Assembly: GCA_017608385.1 (NCBI GenBank)
Contig: JAFCFZ010000001.1
Location: forward strand, 8,734 to 72,733
Length of the DNA: 64,000 nt
Source of the DNA: Candidatus Parvarchaeota archaeon
GTDB lineage: Archaea > Nanobdellota > Nanobdellia > B33-G15
Direction of reading: 5' to 3'
Positions 35,938 through 46,233 of this stretch are shown here, one piece after another. The notes beneath the pieces are model-generated. The model made no database searches and was not told where the DNA came from. It saw only the letters and a list, made by a program, of their open reading frames with translations. Position numbers and translations under genes: made by a program. How positions within the stretch are numbered: position 1 is the stretch's first letter; every line of letters begins with the position of its first letter.

Positions 35938-36732
35938 ATGTCAACAAACCTTTCTGCAGGTTCTTCTTCTGCTGAAGAAGAATATTCTGCAGCTAAAGAC
36001 AACAAGGCAAAGATTGCTGCTCTAAAAAAAATGATTAGTGAGGTGCCAAAACATAAGGGTACTGAGAAATTGATTGCTCATCTAAGAAGAAGAGTGTCTT
36101 TGTTAAAAGAAGATGGAGGGAAAAAAGGAGTCCGTAAGCATGGAATAAAAAAAGAAGGAGATGCAAGAGTGGTATTATTCGGAACTCCTAATTCTGGAAA
36201 ATCATTTTTACTGAATAAAATAACTGGGAAAGAGGTAGCATCTGGCCCAGAACCATTTGAAACTCAAAAACCAGAAATAGGAATGATTGATTATGATGGT
36301 GTTAAAATTCAATTAATTGAATTACCGAGTGTTCACAAAGGGTATGCAGATAAGAGAAAAGGATATCTTAGTTTAGCATGGACTAGTGAATTAATTATTG
36401 TGTTGGGAGATAGAAAGCTCTGTGAGGAAGAGTTGGAAGGAATTGATATTAAAAAGATATTTCTAAAAGATTTTAAGAATATTAAAAAGATTATTTGGAA
36501 AAATCTTGGTTTGATAAAAGTATTCACCAAAGCTAGAGGTAAGGGAATTGGTGGAGCAATGGCTTTAAAAAAAGGGGCTAAGATAAGAGATGCTGGAAAT
36601 AAAATTCATAAGGATTTCATAAAGGATTTTAAGTTTGCTAGATTATGGAGAGACGGTTCAATTCCAGGTAAAATAATTGGACTAAATTATAAATTAAAAG
36701 AAAAAGATATTATTGAGTTTCGCACTGATTAA
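35938..36732 (+). CDS. DRG/Obg-family GTPase (short form)
   Basis: A basic N-terminal helix leads to KEGDARVVLFGTPNSGKSFLLNKITG (G1) and IQLIELPS (G3). The C-terminal KEKDIIEFRTD is TGS-like. Confidence 0.6.
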   Translation: MSTNLSAGSSSAEEEYSAAKDNKAKIAALKKMISEVPKHKGTEKLIAHLRRRVSLLKEDGGKKGVRKHGIKKEGDARVVLFGTPNSGKSFLLNKITGKEVASGPEPFETQKPEIGMIDYDGVKIQLIELPSVHKGYADKRKGYLSLAWTSELIIVLGDRKLCEEELEGIDIKKIFLKDFKNIKKIIWKNLGLIKVFTKARGKGIGGAMALKKGAKIRDAGNKIHKDFIKDFKFARLWRDGSIPGKIIGLNYKLKEKDIIEFRTD

Positions 36733-37889
36733 AAATATTGAAACAATTTCTTTTGAGTTTGATGAAAATCCATTGCTTTTGATTTTAAAGGGCCTAACAT
36801 TGTTTTTATCTCTTCCAATGTTGTTTTTCTCTTGTTTATCATTGCCTTTTTTGCAGCTTCTCTGACAACCCATACCCCAAGTGGAACACTATAAGATGGA
36901 TCTACTTCTCTTATTGCAATGACTGTTGCTTGTTTCTTAATTTTCATTAAATAATCCAAAATAGGAAGTCTTGAAGCATAATAACCTCCTGCTGTATTCT
37001 CAGCATATTTTTTTCTGCCTTCAAAAGGTTCATAATCCGAACTAACTTTGACATAATCTCCCCTCCACCAGAAAGTATTAGGATTCCATAATTCAAACAA
37101 CTCAAATGCCCAATTATTTGGCATAAGAAATATTTTGAAAGTATTTCCATAATGGCCTCCTTCAAAAACATAATAATCGTTGATAACAGGATATCTCCTT
37201 ATTTCTTGCATCATTGATTTTCCTAGAGAATCATCGGTTGCAGTAATCCCCCATCTAGTTGGAACAAGTCTTTTCTTTATTCCCAATAATCCTGCACTAA
37301 ATATTTTTTCAAGATAATAAATGCTAAATTTCTTGCTATAAAGTTGATAAAGTCCTTCTACTGCCTTTATTTCATCATTAACAACTTTCTCAACCTTTAT
37401 TGGGACTTTAGGATTATCAACTACTCTCATGTAATCCAATTCAGATGAAGGACCAACAGGAGCCATCTCCTTAGTAAACATATTTCCTATTGGTGCTTTT
37501 TTAAGATAAATTTCAACATCAACTGGTTTGATAGACATTGCTATCTCCTGGAACTTTTCAATAACATCTTTTCTATTTGTTCTAGAATTTACTAAAGAAG
37601 TTCGATAATTGATTATGTTTTGCATTGGAATATTTTGTAAACTCCAAAAATCAGGTGCATCGTATATCCATGCATTTTCACTTTCTTCCATTGGAGACAA
37701 CAATCCAACATTCATATTAGGATAATTAGCTCTTCCAACAAAAATTCCTGGTGGTGAAGATCCTGCAAAGTCTTTCTTAAACTTAGTTGGTCTTGCATAA
37801 AATTGGAGCTTTTTTAATAAAGGGCAAGGATTCAAATTACAATAATTCTTTCCTTTACATACCATACATAATTCTGGATTAATATCCAT
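36729..37889 (-). CDS. NreA-like protein (archaeal DNA repair-associated), putative
   Basis: The N-terminal Cys cluster CMVCKGKNYCNLNPCPLLKK resembles the NreA N-terminus. The rest is a conserved-looking globular protein of 386 aa. Confidence 0.4.
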   Translation of the reverse strand: MDINPELCMVCKGKNYCNLNPCPLLKKLQFYARPTKFKKDFAGSSPPGIFVGRANYPNMNVGLLSPMEESENAWIYDAPDFWSLQNIPMQNIINYRTSLVNSRTNRKDVIEKFQEIAMSIKPVDVEIYLKKAPIGNMFTKEMAPVGPSSELDYMRVVDNPKVPIKVEKVVNDEIKAVEGLYQLYSKKFSIYYLEKIFSAGLLGIKKRLVPTRWGITATDDSLGKSMMQEIRRYPVINDYYVFEGGHYGNTFKIFLMPNNWAFELFELWNPNTFWWRGDYVKVSSDYEPFEGRKKYAENTAGGYYASRLPILDYLMKIKKQATVIAIREVDPSYSVPLGVWVVREAAKKAMINKRKTTLEEIKTMLGPLKSKAMDFHQTQKKLFQYF

Positions 37890-38008
37890 ATAGAAAGGTC
37901 AAACTCCTATTTTAAAAGAATTCATGTATTCCTTACCACTATTTATCAAAAGCTTTATAAAATAATGAAATTGGTTAACAATATCAAGCTTGAACTATGT
38001 GATGATAG

Positions 38009-38563
38009 ATGGGATTTTATAAGTATCTAAAAGAAAACAGGAAAATTATTTCTGATAAGAGTAAATTAATTTCTTGGAGAAAGCAAACAACTATGGTTAG
38101 AATTGAAAAACCAACCAAAATAGATAGAGCTAGAAGTTTGGGTTACAAGGCTAAACAAGGTTTTGTGGTTGTTAGAGTAAAAATCAGGAAAGGTATGAGA
38201 AAAAGACCTAAACCATCTATGGGAAGAAAACCAAGCAAATCTGGTAGGTATTTTCCACCAGGAAAATCATTACAAAGCATATCAGAAGAAAGAGTTCAAA
38301 AGAAATTCATTAATATGGAAGTTCTTAATTCATACAAAGCTGGAGAAGACGGAAAAAGCAAATGGTTTGAAGTTATTTTAATTGATAGAAGTCATCCTGC
38401 AATCATTAAAGACAAAGATGTTGGAAGAATTGCGAAAGAAAGAAAAAGGGTTCTTAGAGGATTAACAAGCGCAGGAAAAAGGGGTAGAGGACTTCATAAA
38501 AAGGGAAAGGGTTCCGAAAAAACCAGACCAAGCATAAGAGCTGGAGGGAGGAAAGGGAAATGA
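38009..38563 (+). CDS. rpl15e: Ribosomal protein L15e
   Basis: MGFYKYLKE...LISWRKQTTMVRIEKPTKIDRARSLGYKAKQGFVVVRVKIRKG is the L15e pattern. Confidence 0.85.
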   Translation: MGFYKYLKENRKIISDKSKLISWRKQTTMVRIEKPTKIDRARSLGYKAKQGFVVVRVKIRKGMRKRPKPSMGRKPSKSGRYFPPGKSLQSISEERVQKKFINMEVLNSYKAGEDGKSKWFEVILIDRSHPAIIKDKDVGRIAKERKRVLRGLTSAGKRGRGLHKKGKGSEKTRPSIRAGGRKGK

Positions 38564-38877
38564 TGCCAGGAATGAATCCACGTGATATTCAAAGAATTAT
38601 GAAGCAGTTAAATGCTAAAAAAATAGATGCTGAAGAAGTTATAATCAAAACAAAAGAAGGGGAATTAGTCATAAAAAATCCAGATGTAACTCAGATGGGA
38701 GTTAGTGGAAATACTGTTTTTCAGATTATGGGGGATATTGAAGAGAAATCAACTCAAGAAGATAGTAATGATGTTAAGTTAATTATGGAAAAAACCGGAA
38801 AAGATGAAGATACAGTAAAAAAAACCCTTGAAAAGAATGAAGGTGACATGGCCCAAACAATTTTAGATCTCTCTTAA
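38560..38877 (+). CDS. nac: Nascent polypeptide-associated complex protein (NAC alpha, NAC plus UBA)
   Basis: A NAC domain (EEVIIKTKEGELVIKNPDVTQMGVSGNTVFQIMG) is followed by a C-terminal UBA (VKLIMEKTGKDEDTVKKTLEKNEGDMAQTILDL). Confidence 0.8.
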   Translation: MMPGMNPRDIQRIMKQLNAKKIDAEEVIIKTKEGELVIKNPDVTQMGVSGNTVFQIMGDIEEKSTQEDSNDVKLIMEKTGKDEDTVKKTLEKNEGDMAQTILDLS

Positions 38878-40484
38878 TCTTTCATCAATAATTCAATGAT
38901 TCTTGCATAAGCTGGTCTTGTGATAAATATTCCTACACTTGTGGCAATTATTGTTGTTATTGCAAATCCTCTTAAAACTCCAGCACCAGCAACTGCCAAA
39001 GGAAGCATTGTTGCTACTGTTGCTGCGAATGCTGCGATTATTATGAAAAAGGCATGTTTTAATCTGGATTTTATACTTTCAATTCTCCTTTTGTCTCCCC
39101 TTCCATGGAGAACTTCATCAGTCATAACTATTTGATCGTCTACTCCTGTTCCAACTGCTGCAATAAGTCCAGCTATTCCTGCTAAATCAAGAGTCCATTG
39201 TAAGAGTGCAGCAACTCCTAAAGTAATGAATATTTCAGATAAAGTCACAAATAATATTGGTAAAGATATTTTCAAGCTTCTATATCTCAAGAAAACAATA
39301 ACTTCTATTCCAAAAATAGCCATCAAGAGCACAAAGAATATGTTTTGTGCAAATTCATTTCCCAATTGAGGAGAAATTATTTCTGTTCTTTCAAGTGTCA
39401 TTGGAACTGGAAGAGTTCTTGATTGCAACAATGCTTGTAATATCTTCATTTCTTTTTGTGATTCAATTTGTGATTCTCTTGCTCCACTTATGGAAGGGTT
39501 TGTAACTGTTTTTCCCTTTAAGTTTGAAGAAATTCTTAACTCAGTTCCTACTGGCTCTCCATCAATATAAAATCCAATTGATCCATCCAAATAACAACCG
39601 GAATCCGTACAATCAACAACAGACATATTAGAAGTAGCATTTGCAAATTTTGCAGCTCCTTCTTGAGAAATGAATATTTCAAAGTTAAAGCTCCAAAAAA
39701 TGCTTCCATCAGAAGACTCTTGTGGAGTTATTTGAGCATAACATCCTGTTCCACCAATACATACTGATAAAATATCATTTCCAGTAAAAATAGTCTTATT
39801 CCCTATTCTTGCCTCAAAATTACCTTCTCTTTCTAATAGTTCTTGTACCTGTTCAGGTCCTACTCCTGCAAATTCCAAACGGAAATATTGGTTTCCTGAA
39901 AAATCTTGGACATAAGATATTGGTATTTCTTTTATTCCAAAAATATTCAATCTTTGTTCAAGAACTGCAATAACATTTTCTACTTCATCTTGAGTTAAAG
40001 TTTTATTGGGTTTCAACAAAACTTTAGTCCCTCCCTCTATTTCAAGACCAAATTCAATATTGGTGTCTCCTATCTCCTCTACAAAAAATCCAATGTTTGT
40101 TTTATTTTTTAATTCTCCTGGGAAATACATTTCACTAAAGGTTGAGAATACATAAGGAAGTGTTTCTCTTTTAAATTCAACAGTAACCGCTTCTGAAGTA
40201 TTTAGTTTGGAAGTGGCTTGAACAAAATCCCCCATATTATTGATTTCATAACCATTTATGTTTGTGACAACATCACCTATACTTATTCCATAAAAAACAG
40301 CGGGCTCCTTAACTGATGTTATTTCTAAACCTACTTTATCAAAATTAGGATGTATCCAAAAGAAACTTGAAAACAAAAAAGCAAGAACTAAAATAATTCT
40401 CCATTCCTGCAATATTTTGATGATTTTTTTGTTCATTTCTTTCTCTCCATATAGATTCTTTGAAGTCCTGCACTCAATATCCAA
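38874..40484 (-). CDS. secD: Protein-export membrane protein SecD
   Basis: A large periplasmic domain is followed by a 6-TM SecD/F C-terminal bundle (ILQALLQSRTLPVPMTL..., GVDDQIVMTDE). It is downstream of secF. Confidence 0.75.
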   Translation of the reverse strand: MDIECRTSKNLYGEKEMNKKIIKILQEWRIILVLAFLFSSFFWIHPNFDKVGLEITSVKEPAVFYGISIGDVVTNINGYEINNMGDFVQATSKLNTSEAVTVEFKRETLPYVFSTFSEMYFPGELKNKTNIGFFVEEIGDTNIEFGLEIEGGTKVLLKPNKTLTQDEVENVIAVLEQRLNIFGIKEIPISYVQDFSGNQYFRLEFAGVGPEQVQELLEREGNFEARIGNKTIFTGNDILSVCIGGTGCYAQITPQESSDGSIFWSFNFEIFISQEGAAKFANATSNMSVVDCTDSGCYLDGSIGFYIDGEPVGTELRISSNLKGKTVTNPSISGARESQIESQKEMKILQALLQSRTLPVPMTLERTEIISPQLGNEFAQNIFFVLLMAIFGIEVIVFLRYRSLKISLPILFVTLSEIFITLGVAALLQWTLDLAGIAGLIAAVGTGVDDQIVMTDEVLHGRGDKRRIESIKSRLKHAFFIIIAAFAATVATMLPLAVAGAGVLRGFAITTIIATSVGIFITRPAYARIIELLMKD

Positions 40485-41317
40485 GTATTAATCACATCAA
40501 AGAAGATTGCAACAAACAAAACAAAAGCAATGTGTTGAATAATTGCTACATTTGACAAAACCAACATTATTGAATAAGTAGTGATGGCTGCAACATCCAT
40601 TGTTAATTCTGTTTTAATGGCTCTCCTTATCCTGCTCATCAAGGTCCCATCTCTTCTCTTAATAATGTTAGTTGCTAACAAAATGTCAGATTCAGTAGAA
40701 TAAGCAATAACCATCAAAATAGCACCGATTGTAGCTATGGAAAAGCTTATGTTGAATATTGCAAAAATTCCTAAGACACTGATAACATCCAACATTGTGG
40801 AACCCATGATAGATATGGCTGGAATAAAGCTTCTAAAGTAATAATAAATAACTAAAGACATCAAAAAGAAGGCAAGAATTATCACTCCGATTGAGTCAAC
40901 CAAAAAAGAAGAAGCAATCAGTGCCGATTGAGAACTTACACTTGTGTTTTCACTATCTAAAACAATACCTAATTCATTTCCTAAATCTTCCAAAACATTA
41001 GAATAATTCAATTCTTTCCCTACTTGAATATCATAACCAATTGTATTTCCAGAAATGTCTCTTAATTCTCTAACAACAACATCTTCTGTTGAAAATAAAT
41101 TGTTAGAAATCTGTTTTAAGTTATTAAGATCATATTGTTGATTTGTGTAAAAAGTTATGGCGGTTCCTCCCTTTATTGTAATATCCTGTTCAAAGAATTC
41201 TCCTGTTGTTGCAAATCTAAAAACAAGAGCGCTTATCATAAATATTGAAATTATTATTGGAATTACAATTAGCTTTTTGTAATTATCATCATATAATTTC
41301 CATATCTTCTCAATCAT
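40433..41317 (-). CDS. secF: Protein-export membrane protein SecF
   Basis: This 294-aa protein has an N-terminal TM helix, a small extracytoplasmic loop and a C-terminal 5-TM bundle. It overlaps secD by about 50 bp. Confidence 0.7.
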   Translation of the reverse strand: MIEKIWKLYDDNYKKLIVIPIIISIFMISALVFRFATTGEFFEQDITIKGGTAITFYTNQQYDLNNLKQISNNLFSTEDVVVRELRDISGNTIGYDIQVGKELNYSNVLEDLGNELGIVLDSENTSVSSQSALIASSFLVDSIGVIILAFFLMSLVIYYYFRSFIPAISIMGSTMLDVISVLGIFAIFNISFSIATIGAILMVIAYSTESDILLATNIIKRRDGTLMSRIRRAIKTELTMDVAAITTYSIMLVLSNVAIIQHIAFVLFVAIFFDVINTWILSAGLQRIYMERKK

Positions 41318-41383
41318 GAAATTTGGTTTTCTTGAGTATTAATAAATCTTACAGTTGTTGTTTATTTCAAAACATCAAGCGGT

Positions 41384-43435
41384 TTAGACTTGTTCTAACA
41401 AATTTTCGCCTATTTTTTTACCAAGAATATCTATAATTTTATCTCTATTTTTTCTTATGTCTTTTACATCTTTGATACCTGCTCTAAACAATTTTCTTCC
41501 CCTGTATCTACCAATTCCTCTAAATCTAACCAAAGCAAGTAGTTCTTCCTTGATTCCTTTAACAACCCTTACTCTTAATTTAGTCAATTCCTTTACATGT
41601 TGTTTTGAATCAACAAGATTTGCTATTTCTGAAGAAGCATAAAGAACCCAATCTAAATTTCTAACTCTATTATAAAGTTCTCCAGGAGAAACTCTATATT
41701 CTTTCAAAATAGAATCCTCTGTTCTTTCGTTAATCCATTCAAACATTACTAGAGCTGTTTTGAAAGATGAAAGAAACTTCTCATAATCATAGTCCCATGG
41801 ACTTGGTTCTTCTTGAATAAGTATGAATTCCCCTAATCTCATTTGTATTTCAGGAAATTCTTTTGGATTTACTCTCATCAATGGGTGCATTTCTGCAGTG
41901 TTACACACCATTTGTAGATATGCAAAGTCTTTCTGTGGTTCTTTTCCAATCAAACAATCTGCAATATGTCTTCCTGTTTTTGGATCAAGATATAATTCAC
42001 TTATTCTATTTCCAAGAGGAGTTGCAAAGAATCCTCCTTCTTTTTCCTCAACCATTCCCCCCTCAATAAGTAAAGAGATTATCTTATCTATTTTTGATTC
42101 TAATTCCAAAATGTTCCCATATTGTTTTGCCCAAAATGTTTTTGAAAAAAAGTTTTTTAGGTCATTAATATTCCTTGTAGACATGCTCGCAATAAGAGCA
42201 AGAATATGAGATCTTAAAACTGGTTCTGAAGATAATTTTGAAAATATTTCTTCAGTATCTGAATTGATATATTCTTCAAAAATAATGTCTTTTTGATCTT
42301 CTGAATTTGCTATACATATTGCTTCTCCTTCTTTATCATAATCTGGTCTTCCTGCTCTTCCTGCCATTTGTTTATATTCTAAAACTGGAATTCTAACTAC
42401 TCTTCCAACATATCTTGTCAAATCTCTAACAACAACCCTAAAAGCAGGGAGATTCACCCCCATTGCCAGAGTAGGAGTAGCACATATTGCCTTTATTTTT
42501 CCCTGTTTGAATCCTGCTTCAATCAATTTTCTTTGTTCAGAAACAAGACCTGCGTGATGGAAAGCAACCCCTTTTTCTACAAAAGAAGAAATTTTCCTGC
42601 ATTGCTCTGTTGGAACTCTTAATGAATGGAGTACTTTATCAGCAAGTTCCTTTTCATTACCAACATTTTTTTCAGAAAGAACTCTGGCAAGACTCTCTGC
42701 AAATCTTCTTGAAGAAACAAAAAATATGATTTGTTTTTCTTTTTTTAGAGTGTCCATTAAAATAGATATTTCTGCTCTTCCTTTGTTAATCACTTCTTCT
42801 TTTTCATTCTCAAAGAATATATTATTATCATAAAACACTCCTTCCTTTAATTGAACAGGCCTATAATCACTTTCCACTAAATCTGCATTTATCCATTCAG
42901 CAATTTCTCCTGCGTTTTTTATTGTTGCACTTAAACAAATAAATTGAGAATTTAGGTGAAGTAATTTTGTCATTAATATTTCTAGAGTAGGTCCTCTTGA
43001 AATATCATTTAACATGTGGACCTCATCAATCACAACAGTTGCAACGGAATTTACCCACAAAACTCTATGTCTTAACAAAGAATCCATTTTTTCAGAAGTA
43101 GTAATAACAATATCATACTTATCCAACCACTTATCAGACGAGTCAAAATCTCCTACAGAAAGTGCTGTTTTAAAATCAGGATATTTTTCAGTAAAATAAT
43201 CATATTTTTCATGTGCTATTGAACGAAGAGGAACTATGTAAAGCATTTTTCCCTTTTCCAACATAAGGTTATTGATTCCTGCCATCTCTGCAACAAGGGT
43301 TTTACCTGATGCAGTAGGTGAAGCTATTACAAGACTTTTCCCATCAAAAAGGCCTTTTTCCACTGCTTTTTGCTGTGGAGGTCTTAAAACTTCAAAACCA
43401 AGCCTCTCTTTTATGTTTAAAGGGACTTTTTTCAT
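41384..43435 (-). CDS. hel308: Ski2-like DNA helicase Hel308/Hjm
   Basis: It has motif I (IASPTASGKTL), DEVH (VIDEVHML), motif III (LSAT) and motif VI (QMAGRAGR), and a C-terminal winged-helix and HLH region. Confidence 0.8.
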   Translation of the reverse strand: MKKVPLNIKERLGFEVLRPPQQKAVEKGLFDGKSLVIASPTASGKTLVAEMAGINNLMLEKGKMLYIVPLRSIAHEKYDYFTEKYPDFKTALSVGDFDSSDKWLDKYDIVITTSEKMDSLLRHRVLWVNSVATVVIDEVHMLNDISRGPTLEILMTKLLHLNSQFICLSATIKNAGEIAEWINADLVESDYRPVQLKEGVFYDNNIFFENEKEEVINKGRAEISILMDTLKKEKQIIFFVSSRRFAESLARVLSEKNVGNEKELADKVLHSLRVPTEQCRKISSFVEKGVAFHHAGLVSEQRKLIEAGFKQGKIKAICATPTLAMGVNLPAFRVVVRDLTRYVGRVVRIPVLEYKQMAGRAGRPDYDKEGEAICIANSEDQKDIIFEEYINSDTEEIFSKLSSEPVLRSHILALIASMSTRNINDLKNFFSKTFWAKQYGNILELESKIDKIISLLIEGGMVEEKEGGFFATPLGNRISELYLDPKTGRHIADCLIGKEPQKDFAYLQMVCNTAEMHPLMRVNPKEFPEIQMRLGEFILIQEEPSPWDYDYEKFLSSFKTALVMFEWINERTEDSILKEYRVSPGELYNRVRNLDWVLYASSEIANLVDSKQHVKELTKLRVRVVKGIKEELLALVRFRGIGRYRGRKLFRAGIKDVKDIRKNRDKIIDILGKKIGENLLEQV

Positions 43436-43485
43436 AAAAGAAAGAAATCAAAAACATTATATATTTTAATCGATAGGTTCAAAAT

Positions 43486-44604
43486 ATGAAAAAATCTCAA
43501 AATGCTGTGCCTGCTATTCTTTTCTTATTTTTGGGGCTTTTTTTGTTTTATGTACTAATGATGACACCTAGTCAAATGGAAGGGCTTTTTGGAGATGACT
43601 CACCAACAACAAATGTTTCACAGGGAATTTCAGAAGAAGTTGGTTTGGTAGGAGGTTCAAGCGGAACAGAAATAGTTGGAACAAGGGATTTTCCAGAGTT
43701 TTTTGTTGCTTATCCTAGTGAGAGGACATTGAGGCACCACGAGAATCAGTTTACTTTATCCTCTAATATTTTTTATTCTGATTCTAAATATTATGATTTT
43801 GAAAAAGGGGACAATACTAAAGGAGTGCAAATATACATGAATATTGCTTCTTTGACAGGAGGCCCTTCATTAAGAGTTCTTCTTAATGGAGTTGAAGTGG
43901 GAACTGTACCCTCTGCAGGAGAAACAACATTAGAAATTGATGAGGCTCAACTTAACTCAAGTAATAGAATTTTGGTAGTTTGTCAATTCCAAGGATGGGC
44001 TTTCTGGGCAGGAGAAACATGTAATTTTGATGAAATGAATATTTATATTGAGAATTTTGAAACCAAAGACAGTAATTTCTCAAGAAATTTTGACATAACT
44101 GAAAAAGAAGCATATGCTTCATTTGTTGTTCTAAATTTCAGCATTGGTGAAAAAACAAATGATGGTGACATTATTGTTAGCATAAATGATGTAGAAGTTT
44201 ACAAAGACAACCCTGTTGAAGGAATATACACTGTAGAGGAAGAAATGAATATCCTTCAAACAAATAAACTACTTGTTCAAGTAGAAACAGGTGGGATTTA
44301 TGAAGTCAAAAAAATGACTTTAGGATTTAAAATGGATCAAATAGCTGAAAAAATGCCAATTATTGATTTTTACCTTGATGATACAAATTCTGACATAATT
44401 GTTAGAGTTTATGTTGAGGAATTAGTTCTTGGACCTAATATTCTAAATCTAAGAATGGAATCAGCAGGAGTGACATATCAAATAAGTCCATTAAGGGCAG
44501 GTTGGAATGAGATCACAATAAATAAAGAACATCTTAGATTAAGAAATTCAATGAGACTATCTTCAAATGGTTTAGTTGATATTGACCACATTGAGATAGA
44601 ATAA
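43486..44604 (+). CDS. Large secreted protein with a class III-like (K-S-Q) N-terminus
   Basis: MKKSQNAVPAILFLFLGLFLFYVLMM is followed by a 340-aa beta-rich domain. I did not recognise a family. Confidence 0.45.
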   Translation: MKKSQNAVPAILFLFLGLFLFYVLMMTPSQMEGLFGDDSPTTNVSQGISEEVGLVGGSSGTEIVGTRDFPEFFVAYPSERTLRHHENQFTLSSNIFYSDSKYYDFEKGDNTKGVQIYMNIASLTGGPSLRVLLNGVEVGTVPSAGETTLEIDEAQLNSSNRILVVCQFQGWAFWAGETCNFDEMNIYIENFETKDSNFSRNFDITEKEAYASFVVLNFSIGEKTNDGDIIVSINDVEVYKDNPVEGIYTVEEEMNILQTNKLLVQVETGGIYEVKKMTLGFKMDQIAEKMPIIDFYLDDTNSDIIVRVYVEELVLGPNILNLRMESAGVTYQISPLRAGWNEITINKEHLRLRNSMRLSSNGLVDIDHIEIE

Positions 44605-44613
44605 GGTGCAAAA

Positions 44614-46233
44614 ATGCCTATTGAAGAAAAATGGTTTTTTGAGGAGGAGGAGGAAGAGGATTCTGATGGAGAGTCTTCTGACTCTGATGGAGAGTCTTCT
44701 GACTCTGATGGAGGTTCATCTAAAAAACAGGGGGGCTGGGCCTACATAATAATGAGTATTGTTTTTGGATTTGTTGGATTTCTTATTTTAGGATTATTGG
44801 GTGGTTTTCTTCTCTTTATATTTCCATTAATTATCTGGTACTTTGGACCAGGAAAGGGAGTCAATTTTGTTATTTTGATTCTTGCTGCTTTTTTGGGATT
44901 GTGGTTTGGTGGAATTTTAGCAGCATTTCTTCTTCCTCTCCCAATTGCAGCTTGGTTATTTAGTGGTTCTTTCTTTGGAGAAGAAGGCGAAGGTAAATTT
45001 TTAAGAGGAATGTTAAGTATTGCTGCATTTATTCCGTTTTTCCTCGTATTTTTGTGGCCAATGATAGGAAGTTTTTTTGGATCTCAAGTTGCAATGGTTG
45101 GAACAAGCTTTGATGATTTTATTGGTATGATAAGTTCTCAAAAAGATCTTTTGATGAATGCAGATTATCAAAGATATTTAGGAGTTCAACAAAGTGTTTA
45201 TGATACTTCTTCACAAACTTATTCAAGTCCTACTACTAGTTTTGAGATAAACAGTTTTACTATCTCTCCTGAAAGTGGATGTTTTGAATTAAACACAATG
45301 AACTTTTTTGGTGTTGTAAAAAACACGGGGACTTTGAATATTGAAGGTATGAAAACGGGATTTTATTTAGATCCCACTCAAATAGGAACTAATTGTGAAC
45401 AAACAATCACCCAAATGGGGCACAAATATAAATGTCTTCTTGGACAAGAATGTATTATGGGGAAATGTGGGCTTGTTTTAGGAGAATACTTCTTAAATGC
45501 TGTTGAACCAGATTGTACATCTCATCCAAATCATGAGAGATGGGGATGTTATTGTGTGGATGAAGATGAAGTTAATACTATGAATACATTATATCCAAAT
45601 GCAATTGGAACATTTACTAAAACGATTGAGATGATTGATCCAAGTGATCCTCTTGATGTTGTAGACGCTATAACATGTAGGTTATTTGCTTATGCTCAAG
45701 CAGAATATACTGTTAGATCAAGATTAGAAGTTTCAATGATAAACTCTGAGTATTACATACTTAAGGGATTAGTATTTTCATCTGTCCCAGCAGTTCAATC
45801 AATAGGTCCTGTTCAATTGAGAATGGGTGTTGGAACACAACCAATTATTAACAACGAAGATAAAAGAGTTTTAACTGTTGCTCTTGGTAATGAAGGAAAT
45901 GGAGAATTAATTGATCTCAATAGTGTCTCATTATATGTCCCTACAGAATTTTCATCAGCAGGATGTGAAGGAGGTCAATTTGTTAGAACAGTTTGTTCAA
46001 GCGCTCCATCTAATATAGATAATTGTGAGGAAATGAGAAGTGAGGGATATAATTTATTTGTATTAGCAGTTGAAGCAACTCCCTATTCCTCCTATTCATG
46101 CTCATTAACTATTAATGAAAATATAAAGAATCTAGGTGGTGAAAACCGAAGATCATTTGTATTTTTAGCAGATGCTTCATATAATTACATGGTCAAAGCT
46201 CCTGCATTCATAACAGGAAATAGGTGTGTTTAA
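44614..46233 (+). CDS. Polytopic membrane protein with an acidic SDGESSD repeat N-terminus and a Cys-containing extracellular C-domain
   Basis: The N-terminus reads EEEEEEDSDGESSDSDGESSDSDGGSS. It is followed by about 6 TM helices in roughly 180 aa, then a roughly 350-aa soluble domain with about 12 Cys. Confidence 0.5.
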   Translation: MPIEEKWFFEEEEEEDSDGESSDSDGESSDSDGGSSKKQGGWAYIIMSIVFGFVGFLILGLLGGFLLFIFPLIIWYFGPGKGVNFVILILAAFLGLWFGGILAAFLLPLPIAAWLFSGSFFGEEGEGKFLRGMLSIAAFIPFFLVFLWPMIGSFFGSQVAMVGTSFDDFIGMISSQKDLLMNADYQRYLGVQQSVYDTSSQTYSSPTTSFEINSFTISPESGCFELNTMNFFGVVKNTGTLNIEGMKTGFYLDPTQIGTNCEQTITQMGHKYKCLLGQECIMGKCGLVLGEYFLNAVEPDCTSHPNHERWGCYCVDEDEVNTMNTLYPNAIGTFTKTIEMIDPSDPLDVVDAITCRLFAYAQAEYTVRSRLEVSMINSEYYILKGLVFSSVPAVQSIGPVQLRMGVGTQPIINNEDKRVLTVALGNEGNGELIDLNSVSLYVPTEFSSAGCEGGQFVRTVCSSAPSNIDNCEEMRSEGYNLFVLAVEATPYSSYSCSLTINENIKNLGGENRRSFVFLADASYNYMVKAPAFITGNRCV

